In this document: positions 28,299 through 38,857 of the stretch, piece by piece
Layout: each line of letters begins with the position of its first letter
How positions within the stretch are numbered: the first letter of the stretch is position 1
From: Candidatus Aminicenantes bacterium
Lineage (GTDB): Bacteria > Acidobacteriota > Aminicenantia > Aminicenantales > Saccharicenantaceae
NCBI GenBank assembly: GCA_013178315.1
Contig: JABLWX010000003.1
Location: 2,855-66,854 of the forward strand
Direction: 5' to 3'
DNA: 64,000 nt
Notes under the pieces: model-generated
The model's input: only the letters and a program-made list of their open reading frames with translations
What the model was told of the DNA's origin: nothing
The model's database searches: none
Program-made: the position numbers and the translations under genes

Positions 28299-28527
28299 TT
28301 TTGGTGCTGAGGAAAAATTCGGGTCCCGAGGCACCAGTCGCAACTTTGCCGCTCGCTTTCAGGACAGAGTCATTTTGGTGGCAATGGTGAACCTGGAATT
28401 TTTTACTTCCGGATACTATCCGCATTTATCAGCCAGTATTTTTCCTGGAGTCAACTCTTTGGCCGGCATGGATTTTCCGCAAAAAACAGAATTTTCTGTT
28501 GCCGGGCCCGAGAATAAAATAAAATAA
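27196..28527 (+). CDS. IS481-family DDE transposase (the ORF reads through the right inverted repeat)
   Basis: N-terminal HTH (NISEVARMFGTTRKTVRKVLRRW), second HTH, and an rve-type core (FQVDLKE.., TDNGEEF, ERSHQTDDNEFY). The last 81 codons (28285-28527) lie outside the inferred IS end. Confidence 0.8.
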   Translation: MTSNIYPTYQELGKSAPVLVRKFVIRAYEETGNISEVARMFGTTRKTVRKVLRRWKEGGEEGLKDLSRRPKRSPRRTSAAVEAMIVAERKKTGYGRDRIARILQEKGVEVTPSTVRYVLRRYRLSIKYKRSRYRRRNRFYDFDSLYPLQHFQVDLKEVYDSTTLSEETLRWARKLNIPPYQWTAIDVKTRLRFISYSYEKTFTNGLMFMLLIIYFVRSFALEHKITLQTDNGEEFGGKSVEKLEYLNNRVFAPLRAELLHIPKGKKEYQAFVERSHQTDDNEFYIPQIERCVDLKEFYLRAMRWQFMYNTVRHHSTLGMTPFRKLRMERKLPRLVASFPVIQLEKLTDLYPKLFPQPGYHVLTNDLICFGAEEKFGSRGTSRNFAARFQDRVILVAMVNLEFFTSGYYPHLSASIFPGVNSLAGMDFPQKTEFSVAGPENKIK

Positions 28528-28550
28528 TCTCGGTCGGAGAGGAGGAGAGC

Positions 28551-30185
28551 ATGTTCGTAGAATCAAACCTGAAAAAAATTCGACTTGTGACTTCTGTTGT
28601 TCTGTCTTTCCTTGTCTTGTCCATATCGGCCGGGGCCGGTCAGATTTCAGGCCCGGGCCCGGTTTTTAACGTCAGGGATTATGGGGCTACCGGGGAAAAA
28701 TCCCAGAATGCCCGCCAGGCCATCCAGAAGGCTATAGAGGCCTGCGCCGCGGCCGGGGGCGGCCTGGTGTATTTTCCGCCGGGCGATTACAGCACTGGGA
28801 CCATCCACCTGAGAAGCCACGTCAGGATTTTCATCGAAGCGGGAGCCACCGTTTATTCTATCAAGGATAAATCCGCCTTTGACCGCGACGCTCTTTTCTA
28901 CGGTGAAGACCTGGTTAATGTGACCCTGGAAGGGCGGGGCGTGGTTGACGGCCAGGCCGGCTACGAGTGGCGGGAAAAGGGCGATTTCCACGACGACTTT
29001 ATCTACCCCAACCAGCTGGAGATGGAAAAGATCGGCCGGCCCCTGGTCCGCTCCTTTCCCAGGAATGACCAGTATGGAAAGCTGGTCCTGCTGCTCAGGT
29101 GCCGCGATGTCCTCATCAGGGGCCTATCGTTCATAGATTCGCCGAGCTGGACGATTCATCCCTACGGTTGTGAACGGCTGACCATCGACGGGGTTTACAT
29201 CCGTTCCAGCCTCAAGGAGGGAGTCTGGGCCGACGGGATAGACCCCGACGGCTGCCGGGATGTCCGCATTGCCAATTCCACGATCGAAACCGGTGATGAT
29301 GCCCTGGTTTTTTATTCGATGAACTGGTTTGGCCCGGCCCTGCCCTGCGAAAACATCACCGTGACCAACTGCCGGCTGTCGTCAGCCTCCAGCGCCATCA
29401 AGTTCTGCGACGGCAACATGAATGCCATCAGGAAAGTAACCATCAGCAACTGTGTTATTACCGATTCCAACCGCGGCCTGTCCTTCATGGTCTTTGATGG
29501 CGGGGTGGTGGAGGATGTGGTCATCTCCAACCTGGTCATAGAGACCAGGCGGCATGACTGGTTCTGGTGGGGAGACGGGGAGCCGATTCATTTTAACGTT
29601 AAAAAAAGGAGCGAGGTCCATAGAAACTGGAAAAAGGAAGACGACCGCCCGGCCGGAAAAATCCGCAGAATCTTGATAAGTAACGTGATGGCCAGGGGCC
29701 AGGGCTCAAGCCAGATTACCGGCCACCCGGAAAGTCCGCTGGAAGAGGTGACCATCGAAAACCTCAGGCTGGCCATTTCCCATGATCCCGGGGCTCCATA
29801 TGATAAGGCGGTCAATGCCCTGGAAGTCAGGCAGGCCAGAAAATTTCGCCTCAGAAACGTGGAGATAACCTGGGAGAAGCCGGAATACCAGAAATGGGAG
29901 AACGCGGTCTTGGTGGAAAATGTCCAGGACCTGGAGGTGGAAAATCTCAGAGCGCGCCAGGCGAAGATAAATGACCGGTCCGGGGCGGCCCTGGTCCTGG
30001 ATCGGGTACAGAGAGCCGTCGTCAGGAATTGCCGGGCGTTACCCGAGACTTCGATATTCTTGAAGATTGAGGGCCAGGACACCCGGGACATTTTCCTCGA
30101 CGGAAACGATCTCAGCCTGGCCAGGAAGCCAGTCGAGTTTTCGGGGGAAGTCACCGTTAAAAGTGTTAAGAAACCCAAAGATTGA
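28551..30185 (+). CDS. Secreted glycoside hydrolase family 28-like beta-helix protein
   Basis: Signal peptide, FNVRDYGATG...AIQKAIEACAAAGGG.VYFPPGDY N-terminal module, and ADGIDPDGCRDVRIANSTIETGDDALVF catalytic-type motif. Confidence 0.7.
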   Translation: MFVESNLKKIRLVTSVVLSFLVLSISAGAGQISGPGPVFNVRDYGATGEKSQNARQAIQKAIEACAAAGGGLVYFPPGDYSTGTIHLRSHVRIFIEAGATVYSIKDKSAFDRDALFYGEDLVNVTLEGRGVVDGQAGYEWREKGDFHDDFIYPNQLEMEKIGRPLVRSFPRNDQYGKLVLLLRCRDVLIRGLSFIDSPSWTIHPYGCERLTIDGVYIRSSLKEGVWADGIDPDGCRDVRIANSTIETGDDALVFYSMNWFGPALPCENITVTNCRLSSASSAIKFCDGNMNAIRKVTISNCVITDSNRGLSFMVFDGGVVEDVVISNLVIETRRHDWFWWGDGEPIHFNVKKRSEVHRNWKKEDDRPAGKIRRILISNVMARGQGSSQITGHPESPLEEVTIENLRLAISHDPGAPYDKAVNALEVRQARKFRLRNVEITWEKPEYQKWENAVLVENVQDLEVENLRARQAKINDRSGAALVLDRVQRAVVRNCRALPETSIFLKIEGQDTRDIFLDGNDLSLARKPVEFSGEVTVKSVKKPKD

Positions 30186-30311
30186 TTCCGGGCATGGTTT
30201 GCAGGCTGAGTTTATAATCAGATAAGGGCCCGGAAGCTGGCTGGCCCCGCTCAATTCCGGCTACACGGGGCTTGCCGTGAAACAGGATTGATGAAAGACC
30301 CCTCCTGGTTA

Positions 30312-30320
30312 TGATATAAT
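30312..30320 (+). promoter_or_regulatory. Extended -10 promoter element (TGaTATAAT) upstream of the OMP gene
   Basis: TG-A-TATAAT lies 26 nt upstream of the TTG start. RBS AAGGAGG lies between them. Confidence 0.4.
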
Positions 30321-30345
30321 AGCCCCAGAATTAAGGAGGGTTTCC

Positions 30346-30987
30346 TTGAGAAAGTCACTGCCGGCTTTTCTTCTCATTCTTGTCATCCTATCGTGCAGTC
30401 AGGCCCAGGCCGGGCGGATTTCGTTCGGGGTCAAGGGAGGATTAAACCTGGCCAACATCTCGGTTTCACCGAAGCCCATAGACGTGGCTGAATTTAAAAT
30501 GCTCCGGGGGTTGACCGGGGGGATATTTTTTTCAGTTAACTTCGGGCCGATGGCCATCCAGCCGGAATTCATGTACGCCAGGCGCGGGACCCAGTATGAA
30601 GCTTACATAGATGACGGCTTCTACAACGTCCACTGGCATCATGACTACCTGGAAGCCGTTCTTCTGTTGAAGTGGTCTATTATCAGGTTAGGCCCAACCC
30701 GGCCTTTCATTTTTGCCGGGCCGTCCTATGGCAACCTGAGCCGGGCCACCACGGTCATTTATGATACCGAAGGGACGGAAGTGGCCCGGGTTGATTCCCG
30801 GGATTATTTCAAGAAGGGCGAACTGGCGGCTGTCTTTGGTGGAGGTTTTGAATTCAGGGCGGGCCTGGCTAAATTCTGCCTGGAAGGACGCTATCACCTG
30901 GGCCTGTCCAGCGTGGCCCTGTCCGGTTTTGAAGTGGACTATATAAAAAACAACAGCCTGACCGTACTGGCCGGCGTTTCATTTTAA
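30346..30987 (+). CDS. Outer-membrane beta-barrel (porin-family) protein
   Basis: TTG start after AAGGAGG, signal peptide ending AQA, alternating-hydrophobic beta strands, and a C-terminal ...LTVLAGVSF aromatic terminus. Confidence 0.6.
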   Translation: MRKSLPAFLLILVILSCSQAQAGRISFGVKGGLNLANISVSPKPIDVAEFKMLRGLTGGIFFSVNFGPMAIQPEFMYARRGTQYEAYIDDGFYNVHWHHDYLEAVLLLKWSIIRLGPTRPFIFAGPSYGNLSRATTVIYDTEGTEVARVDSRDYFKKGELAAVFGGGFEFRAGLAKFCLEGRYHLGLSSVALSGFEVDYIKNNSLTVLAGVSF

Positions 30988-30994
30988 GGGGAAA

Positions 30995-31071
30995 TGGGGT
31001 GAGTGAGGGGATTCGAACCCCCAACCACCGGATCCACAGTCCGGTGCTCTAACCCTTGAGCTACACTCACC
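30995..31071 (-). tRNA. tRNA-His (anticodon GTG) with encoded G-1 and CCA
   Basis: The reverse complement folds as G-1 + GTGAGTG acceptor, GCTC D stem, CCGGA-CTGTGGA-TCCGG anticodon arm, GGGGG-TTCGAAT-CCCCT T arm, discriminator C, then CCA. Confidence 0.9.
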
Positions 31072-31295
31072 GTGAAGGGATTAGAATTTTCTCATCAAAT
31101 ACCCTGCTTGTCAACCGGCCGGACAGGCGCTCTGTCCTTCCAGAAGGTACTCCGGTGATTTGGCCCTGGGGTAACTTCATCCTCTGGTCCTGGATACGGA
31201 CAGGGACCGCGGGCTCAGGGCTCAAGAGGCGAGAACCAGAGAAATTTTGAAATCGCCCGGATGATGAAAATTCGCCCGACCCGCTCTGGCCTGGC

Positions 31296-32261
31296 TCAGC
31301 CCTTCTGTTCTTCGATCAGGTCGAGAATCTCTTCTGAATCCCGCCACTTTTCCCGTACCCGGACGCTCAGTTCCAGGAAGACCTGGCTCTCCAGGATTTC
31401 TTCCATCTCCTTCCGGGCTTCGCTGCCGATGGTCTTGATCAGGCTGCCCCTGCGGCCAATTATTATGCCCTTGTGGTTTTCCTTTTCCACCAGAATTTCA
31501 GCCTGGACCCGGACCAGGGGTCGGGCCGGCCTGGCGGGTCGGTGTCCGCTGGCCGGTTTTTCCGGCAGCTCGGTCCGCTCCATGGAGCGAATGACCACGG
31601 CCGTGGTATAGGGGAGTTCTTCCTCCACGTGGTTGAGGAGTTTCTCGCGGATTATTTCCGACAGCAGGAATTTTTCGGACTGGTCGGTGACCTCGTCCTC
31701 GTCATAAATCTTATCGGCCACCGGGAGATATTCATAGATCAGGTTTTCCAGCCGGTCGAGGTTATCACCCTTGAGGGCTGAGATGGGCACGATTTCCTTA
31801 AACGGCAGCAGGTCCTTGTAGCTGTCTATGATCAGAAGTATGTTTTCCTTCTTGACCAGGTCCACCTTGTTGATCAGCAGGAAGATCGGCCTGGTGACGT
31901 TCTTCAGGATATCCAGCACGTACTGGTCGCCGTGCCCGAACTTCTTGCTGGCATCGATCATCAGCAACAGCAGGTCGGCCGTTTCCAGCGAGGAATGGAC
32001 GTAATTCATCATTCTTCGGTTCATCAGGTGCAGGGGCTTGTGCACCCCGGGATTGTCGACGAAGACAATCTGGCCGCGGTCGGTGGTTTTTATGCCCAGG
32101 AGGCTGACCCGGGTGGTCTGCGGTTTGTCGGAGACGATGGCTATCTTCTGGCCGATAAGGTTGTTGACCAGGGTGGACTTGCCCACGTTGGGCCGGCCAA
32201 TCAGGGCCACGTAACCGGCCCGGTAGGTTTTCTTCTTTCTGGTCTGTTTTCTGGTGGCCAC
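31296..32261 (-). CDS. era: GTPase Era
   Basis: G1 GRPNVGKST, G2 QTTR, G3 DNPG, G4 NKVD, and a C-terminal KH domain (IIGRRGSLIKTIG). Confidence 0.9.
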   Translation of the reverse strand: MATRKQTRKKKTYRAGYVALIGRPNVGKSTLVNNLIGQKIAIVSDKPQTTRVSLLGIKTTDRGQIVFVDNPGVHKPLHLMNRRMMNYVHSSLETADLLLLMIDASKKFGHGDQYVLDILKNVTRPIFLLINKVDLVKKENILLIIDSYKDLLPFKEIVPISALKGDNLDRLENLIYEYLPVADKIYDEDEVTDQSEKFLLSEIIREKLLNHVEEELPYTTAVVIRSMERTELPEKPASGHRPARPARPLVRVQAEILVEKENHKGIIIGRRGSLIKTIGSEARKEMEEILESQVFLELSVRVREKWRDSEEILDLIEEQKG

Positions 32262-32262
32262 C

Positions 32263-33516
32263 TCACTCTCCCTTTTCAGTCTGGTTGTCTGCCTGCTTCC
32301 GGGTTACCCTGACCTTCCTGATGCTCTTGTCGTCAACTTCCAAAATTTCAAAGCTGACTCCGGCCAGCTCCAGCTTCTCGCCGGGACGGGGCAGCCGTCC
32401 CAGGTGTTGCTGGAGCAACCCGTTTATGGTCAGCAGGTTCTCGTCTGACAGCTCCCGGCCCAGCAGCTCTTCCAGGTCTTCCACCTCGGTTTCTCCCTGG
32501 ACCAGGTAGGTATCGGGCTTTTCGGCCACTATCTGCGGTTCCTCGGTGTCGTATTCATCCTGGATTTCTCCGACTATCTCCTCCAGCAGGTCTTCCATGG
32601 TCACCAGTCCGGAGACTCCGCCGTACTCGTCGACCACGATGGCCAGTTTCTGCTTGACCTTCTTGAATTCCTTCAGGAGCCTCTTGACAACCATGGTCTC
32701 CGGGACAAACATCACCGGCCTTACCAGGAAGTCTATCTTCCTCCCGGCCTGCTCCTGGTCGCTGAATTCCAGCAGGTCCTTGGCCATGACCATGCCCTGG
32801 ATGTTATCCAGGCGCTCGCGGTAGACCGGGATTCTTGAGTATTTTTCCCGGACGAAGACTTCCTTCAGCTGGCCCACGGTGGTTTCGATATCCACGGCCA
32901 CCACCCGGCTCCGGGGAGTCATGATTTCCCGGACCATCTGGTCGCCGAATTCCACCACTCCCCTCAGCAATTCGTTCTGGTCCTTTTCGATGATGCCTTC
33001 TTCGGTGGCCTCGTCGATGAAGGTCTCAATTTCTTCCTCGGTGGTTTCGTGCGTTCTCCAGGCTGCCTGGCGCTCTTCCTCTCTTCTCAGGAGAATCCTT
33101 GGCAGCAGCAGCAGGGGAGAAAGGATGAACTTGACCGGGAATAGAACCGGCAGGAAAAATCTCAGGTTCTTTTCCCCTAGGGCCAGCAGGAGCAACCTGG
33201 GAAGGTAATCGAAAAAGAGCAGGTACAGTGCCAGGAACAGCAGGAAAGCCCAGAAGGGCCAGCCGGCCAGGCCGGGGAAAACCAGTACGGTGTAAATCAC
33301 CACCGCCAGCAGGAAGGCAATCCGTCCGTAGTCTATGGCAATCTTGAGCTCGTCGTAGTGCTCGAGGATTTCTTCTTTCAGGGGGCTGTTTTCCTCGAGT
33401 ATCCGGGAGAAGCCGATCCTGGAATAAGCGGAAAAGACCACGTTCAGGAAAGACAGAATAAAGGTCAGAAGAAAACTCAGTATCAGTCCGACCAGCAGGA
33501 AGTCCGCCTGGCTCAT
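32263..33516 (-). CDS. Hemolysin-family / CNNM (DUF21)-CBS-CorC_HlyC membrane protein
   Basis: N-terminal 4-TM DUF21 region, a CBS pair, and a C-terminal CorC/HlyC transporter-associated domain. It occupies the conserved position between ybeY and era. Confidence 0.8.
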   Translation of the reverse strand: MSQADFLLVGLILSFLLTFILSFLNVVFSAYSRIGFSRILEENSPLKEEILEHYDELKIAIDYGRIAFLLAVVIYTVLVFPGLAGWPFWAFLLFLALYLLFFDYLPRLLLLALGEKNLRFFLPVLFPVKFILSPLLLLPRILLRREEERQAAWRTHETTEEEIETFIDEATEEGIIEKDQNELLRGVVEFGDQMVREIMTPRSRVVAVDIETTVGQLKEVFVREKYSRIPVYRERLDNIQGMVMAKDLLEFSDQEQAGRKIDFLVRPVMFVPETMVVKRLLKEFKKVKQKLAIVVDEYGGVSGLVTMEDLLEEIVGEIQDEYDTEEPQIVAEKPDTYLVQGETEVEDLEELLGRELSDENLLTINGLLQQHLGRLPRPGEKLELAGVSFEILEVDDKSIRKVRVTRKQADNQTEKGE

Positions 33517-33520
33517 GGTC

Positions 33521-33952
33521 TCAGCTCTTGTCCGCCCGGTAATTTTTCAGAAAGCTCGGGCGCACCCTGGCTTCCTCTTCTTCCATCCCTTTGAAATGCT
33601 CGAACCCCAGAAGGTGAAGGAAGCCGTGAATGGTCAGGATTTCAATTTCCCGCAGAAGCGAGTGACCCTGTTTATGGGCCTGCTTTCGGGCTACCTCGGG
33701 GCAGATGATGATGTCCCCCAGGTAGAATTTTCCGTCCGGTCCCTTTTCCTTCAGCGAAAAGCTCAGGACATCGGTCGGGCGGTCCTTGTGCCGGTATTTC
33801 CGGTTCAGCGAACGGATGGCCCGGGGCCCGACCAGGGTCAGAACCACCTCGGCTCCACTTACCCGGTAGCGACGGCCGAGCCGCTGCAGCAGGCTCTTAA
33901 GCCTTGTCAGGGGGACCGGGTTTTTCTTCAGTTTGTTTATTATTACGACCAT
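33521..33952 (-). CDS. ybeY: rRNA maturation endoribonuclease YbeY
   Basis: HGFLHLLGFEH zinc-binding motif, 143 aa. Confidence 0.85.
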   Translation of the reverse strand: MVVIINKLKKNPVPLTRLKSLLQRLGRRYRVSGAEVVLTLVGPRAIRSLNRKYRHKDRPTDVLSFSLKEKGPDGKFYLGDIIICPEVARKQAHKQGHSLLREIEILTIHGFLHLLGFEHFKGMEEEEARVRPSFLKNYRADKS

Positions 33953-36275
33953 TGTTCTTCTTATTTTCCTCTTTCTTTTCTATCTTTTTTTCAAAATCAA
34001 AACCGGGATACTTGGGCCGCGGATGGTAGATAGCATCCAGGGTGATCAGGAAGGAATTGGCGATGACCCGCAGGTCCTTGAGGGAAAATCCGCAATCGTC
34101 GAGCTGCCCGTCCTGGAGGTGGGCATTAAAAATTTCGGTAATGACCCGCTTGAGGTTCTGCCTGGTAGGGGAATGCAGGCTGCGGGCGGCCGCTTCCACC
34201 GAATCGGCCAGGAGAAGCAAACCGGCTTCCTTGCTCCTGGGGGTCGGCCCCTGGTAGCGGTAATCCTCGGCCTCGATCTTGTGGAGCTCCGGGTCGTATT
34301 TCTCCTTGGCTTTCTGGAAGAAATAACGGACGATAGAAGTCCCGTGGTGCTGGGCAATCAGGTCGGTCAACTGGCGGGGCAGCTTTAATTTGCGGGCCAG
34401 GTCAATTCCGTCCTTGACATGGTTGACGATGACCAGGGTGCTCAGCGAGGGAGTTAGCTCCCGGTGAACATCGAAGGGAGAGGTCTGGTTCTCGCTAAAA
34501 TATTCAGGTCTCTTAACCTTGCCGATATCATGGTAAAGCCCGCCGGCCTTGACCAGCATGGCGTTGGCATTGATCTTTTCGGCGGCTTTTTCGGCCAGGG
34601 TGGCCACGATCAGTGAGTGATGGTAGGTTCCCGGCGCTTCCAGGGCCAGCTGCCGGAAAATCGGCAGGTCGGAGTTGGTCAGCTCGTGCAGCTTGGTGGC
34701 CGTGATGAACCCGAAGATGGTCTCAAAAACAGGAACGAGGACAAAGGCGATGGCGGCGCTGACCAGGCCGCCAAAGATGGCGCTGAAGAGTTCGGTGGCC
34801 AGGCCGGTCAGGTCGGAAAAGGTCTGCCTGACCAGGTGAAAGATCAGGACCATGATGACCTGGAAGGGGGCCAGGACCATCAACCCGGTTTTGAGTATGG
34901 AGCTGCGGCTTGAAGCCAGGTAGTACCTGAGGCCATAGATGGCGGCGATCCCTCCCAGCAAGACAAAGAGCACCAGGAAGTAATCTCCGCTGAGCAGATA
35001 CCCGGCCAGCAGGCTATTTATCACGCAGTAGATGACTGCGATTTCGCTCCTGGTCAGCAGGGCAAAGATAAAGGTTCCGAACTGGAAGGGGAAGCCGAAG
35101 AGCAGGGCCTCTTTATCGACGTTGATGACCGATACCGAGGCTCCCAGGGCCTCGGCGATGAACAGGCTGGACTTGTAGGCCACAAAACCCAGGAAGAGGG
35201 TCAGCCCCATCATCTGCAGCAGGCGGAGTTGCTTTTCATCCCCGGTGACGTAGACGATGAAATTCCAGATGAAGAAGAAGATGATGGAGTACAGAACCAG
35301 CAGCCCGGCAAAATTGATCAACCAGTGCGGCTGGCTGCTTATTTTTTGATTGATTATGGCAATCTGGCGGATGACCTCGGGAGTGGCTTCGTCGCCCTTC
35401 CTGATAATAACCTTTCCTTTCTTGATGGTGTAATAAACCGGCTCCACCTGGTTCCTGGCCTTGAGGCGGCGGATTTCCGTTTCCGGGGCATCATAATTTA
35501 TGGTCGGCGCCAGAAAGGCTGGAGCCAGGGTTTTCAACAGGTTCCTGGTGCGGGCCGGGAGTTCCAGGGCGTTTATCTCGGAAACCAGCTGGGCCCGGGC
35601 TTCCCTCAGCTCCAGGATTTCGGCTGCCTTGAGCAGCTTTTCTTCCTTTCCCCTGACCACCAGCAGGCCTTTTTCCGGCTCCCCGTGGCTGAGCAGGCTG
35701 CGCGACAGAACAATTTCCTTTGACAGGACCGGGGCCAGGGTTTCGGCCAGCAACTGTTCCAGTTCCTGCGGGAAGCGCAACCTGGCCAGGTTGTTCAGGC
35801 TGGCCTCGTCTATGTCCAGGCCGAGGTTTTCAGACAGGTTCTTCTGCAGGTCTTTCAGGCTGAGGGCCGGAGTTGAGCTCTGCCAGGCCCGGCCGCTTTC
35901 AAAAAACTGCCTGATTTTTTCGCGGGTTACCGCGACTATCTTCTGGTTATAAAAATAGACGGGGGGAATGGTGGACTCGGCCTGTTCCCGGCGACGGTCG
36001 GTAGCCTGGCTGTCCTCCACAGTTATCTCCAGCGGTGAGATTATGTCCTTGCTGGCTATCTCTCCGGGCTTGATCGATGGCAGGGGGCGGGCCGGGAAAT
36101 AGGAGATGAAAAACGAGATTATGGCCGCGAAAACAATTATGTAAAAGATGGGACTCTGGATTATCTTTTTATGCCAGGCAACCTTCTCCTGGGGGCCGGC
36201 TTCCTTTTTCTTCCTTGGCGGAAAGATTTCCTCGCTCTTAAATAGCCGGAACTTGCGGAACTGGATGGTTTTCAT
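33897..36275 (-). CDS. 7TM-receptor HD/HDIG phosphohydrolase (PgpH/YqfF-like)
   Basis: Extracellular N-terminal domain, 7 TM helices, and a C-terminal HD domain (YHHSLIVA...GLYHDIGK...QHHG). Confidence 0.8.
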   Translation of the reverse strand: MKTIQFRKFRLFKSEEIFPPRKKKEAGPQEKVAWHKKIIQSPIFYIIVFAAIISFFISYFPARPLPSIKPGEIASKDIISPLEITVEDSQATDRRREQAESTIPPVYFYNQKIVAVTREKIRQFFESGRAWQSSTPALSLKDLQKNLSENLGLDIDEASLNNLARLRFPQELEQLLAETLAPVLSKEIVLSRSLLSHGEPEKGLLVVRGKEEKLLKAAEILELREARAQLVSEINALELPARTRNLLKTLAPAFLAPTINYDAPETEIRRLKARNQVEPVYYTIKKGKVIIRKGDEATPEVIRQIAIINQKISSQPHWLINFAGLLVLYSIIFFFIWNFIVYVTGDEKQLRLLQMMGLTLFLGFVAYKSSLFIAEALGASVSVINVDKEALLFGFPFQFGTFIFALLTRSEIAVIYCVINSLLAGYLLSGDYFLVLFVLLGGIAAIYGLRYYLASSRSSILKTGLMVLAPFQVIMVLIFHLVRQTFSDLTGLATELFSAIFGGLVSAAIAFVLVPVFETIFGFITATKLHELTNSDLPIFRQLALEAPGTYHHSLIVATLAEKAAEKINANAMLVKAGGLYHDIGKVKRPEYFSENQTSPFDVHRELTPSLSTLVIVNHVKDGIDLARKLKLPRQLTDLIAQHHGTSIVRYFFQKAKEKYDPELHKIEAEDYRYQGPTPRSKEAGLLLLADSVEAAARSLHSPTRQNLKRVITEIFNAHLQDGQLDDCGFSLKDLRVIANSFLITLDAIYHPRPKYPGFDFEKKIEKKEENKKNNGRNNKQTEEKPGPPDKA

Positions 36276-36281
36276 CTGGAA

Positions 36282-37226
<945 letters not shown>

Positions 37227-37287
37227 TTTATGGGATGGCTTGACCTCTGTCCATTCTGGAGTACATATCAGCTCTTCAGGTATCAAA

Positions 37288-37316
37288 ATTAAACCACGTG
37301 CGGTTTTTTTTGTCAA
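37288..37316 (-). promoter_or_regulatory. Sigma-70 promoter of the phoH operon (TTGACA-17-TTTAAT)
   Basis: On the minus strand: TTGACA (37316-37311), 17-nt spacer AAAAAAACCGCACGTGG, TTTAAT (37293-37288). Confidence 0.5.
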
Positions 37317-37748
37317 GACAACCCTTTTTTCCGCTTAAACCTGCCATTTAATAGATAGGTTGGCAGGAGGGGCCTTTTTCAATTTTTCCTCCTTTCAAAA
37401 AGACCAATCTTATTACCGGTGGCCGGGTAGCGGTTAGGAGATGCTTTCCGAGGCAATAATTCTGAGCTTGTTTCCTAAGCTTGAATAATTTGGCCCGGGC
37501 CTCGGCCAGTTAGCGCAGGGATGATGTCCGGGCAGAGGGGAGGACCTGGGAGCGGCCAGGTGGTAGATTGAGCGTTAAATATTATGACCGCGGATAGAGG
37601 TGGCCTGGACCTTGAACGATCGTTATATCCCGGCTTGTTTATGAATTTGAAAAATGAGCAAGGGAGCCAAGATTTCGTCTTCGGGCAGAGAGTCAAATTG
37701 TTTTTGTGGGGGAATCAGATCAAGGTCGGAAGGAAAGACAAGGTTGAG

Positions 37749-38855
37749 TTAAGAACTTATTTCTCTGAGATGGTTAAAAATATCTATTTTTTGAGATTCA
37801 AGATTCAGGACATAAAACTCGATTCTTTCTCCTTCTCTTCTCAGGAGAAAATCGAGACTTGAATAGGATAGGTCTTCACTCCAGTAATAGATCGCACTGA
37901 TGTTTCCGTTTAGGTCAAGGGCCATGATTTCCAGGCAGGGGTGAGTTCGCAAAATGTAAATATTATTTTCGAAACTTCTTATGGCGTTTATTACAATGAT
38001 GCGAGCCTGTGCTCTCTGGTTGGTGAGTAGAACCTCTCCTTTTCTATTGGCTGCAGCCTGACGATTCATGATCGGATGATCAATATGAAATTCTGTGAGA
38101 AGTTCGCCCCTTTTTGAATATCTGCGTATGATCGGATAATGCTTAAAGGCCACCCAGAGGTCCCCGGCATCACTGACAGAGATAACAATAGAGTTATCCA
38201 GATTAAAGTTCTTGTTGTCTGAGCTATAATTAAGGCAGTCTCCAAAAGTTGCCAGAAGTTCTCCTTTGTCTGTTAACAAATCTACTAGCCCAGTTGACGT
38301 CTGGTGAAAGGCAGGGGCACCAAAGAATAATCCGTCATTTGTGCGTTCCATTGATGTGTAGAACCTAAATAACCTGAAGCTATTAAGATGGTTACCGTTT
38401 TCATCGAACGATTGAATACGCATGTTTCCAAGTTCCAGCACCTGAAGCAGTCCATCGCCGGAGAAGGCCTTTACGGGCTGCATCAGCTCGCCAGGCCCCT
38501 GACCCGGCTTGCCAACTTTTCGGGTGATGTTTCCATGACGATCCATAATATAGATAAAATTTAGAATTGAATCGGGCAATATCAAATGTCCACTTGTACT
38601 CCAAGAAAGAGTTGTTACGCCCTTAAATAATATTTCTGGTGACTTGGAAGCTGACTCCAGGGGAATGGTTCTGTTCAGATATAGAGGCTTACATTTATCA
38701 GGGTATTTTTTTTCCATCCAGACCTTCAACTCTTTAAGTATTTTTTTCCTTTCATTTACGAAGTGTTCTTGGCCTTGGAAGGGGGTCAGACTAAGACCTG
38801 CAAGGAGAAGACAAATAAATAATGGTGGAACGAGATGTGGTCTGATTTTCTTCAT
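37749..38855 (-). CDS. Secreted six-bladed beta-propeller-like protein (NHL/TolB-like)
   Basis: Signal peptide and a repeated roughly 45-aa beta-sheet-like periodicity with D/G-rich turns. The family call is by eye only. The gene is markedly AT-rich. Confidence 0.45.
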   Translation of the reverse strand: MKKIRPHLVPPLFICLLLAGLSLTPFQGQEHFVNERKKILKELKVWMEKKYPDKCKPLYLNRTIPLESASKSPEILFKGVTTLSWSTSGHLILPDSILNFIYIMDRHGNITRKVGKPGQGPGELMQPVKAFSGDGLLQVLELGNMRIQSFDENGNHLNSFRLFRFYTSMERTNDGLFFGAPAFHQTSTGLVDLLTDKGELLATFGDCLNYSSDNKNFNLDNSIVISVSDAGDLWVAFKHYPIIRRYSKRGELLTEFHIDHPIMNRQAAANRKGEVLLTNQRAQARIIVINAIRSFENNIYILRTHPCLEIMALDLNGNISAIYYWSEDLSYSSLDFLLRREGERIEFYVLNLESQKIDIFNHLREISS

Positions 38856-38857
38856 GT

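Noticed and set aside
28285-28527. The 81-codon tail of the transposase ORF, considered as a possible separate gene or domain
   Set aside because: It lies outside the inverted repeat, has no recognisable motif and has an unremarkable composition. It is most simply read-through into flanking DNA.
37227-37316. N-terminal 30-codon extension of phoH starting at a TTG
   Set aside because: The TTG is part of a TTGACA-17-TTTAAT promoter, and PhoH homologues begin near the internal Met (MEKVSHPY..).
37340-37367. CCTGCCA-N14-TGGCAGG hairpin downstream of the beta-propeller gene
   Set aside because: The loop is long and the T-run on the relevant (minus) strand is weak (TTTAAG). The evidence is insufficient to call it a terminator.
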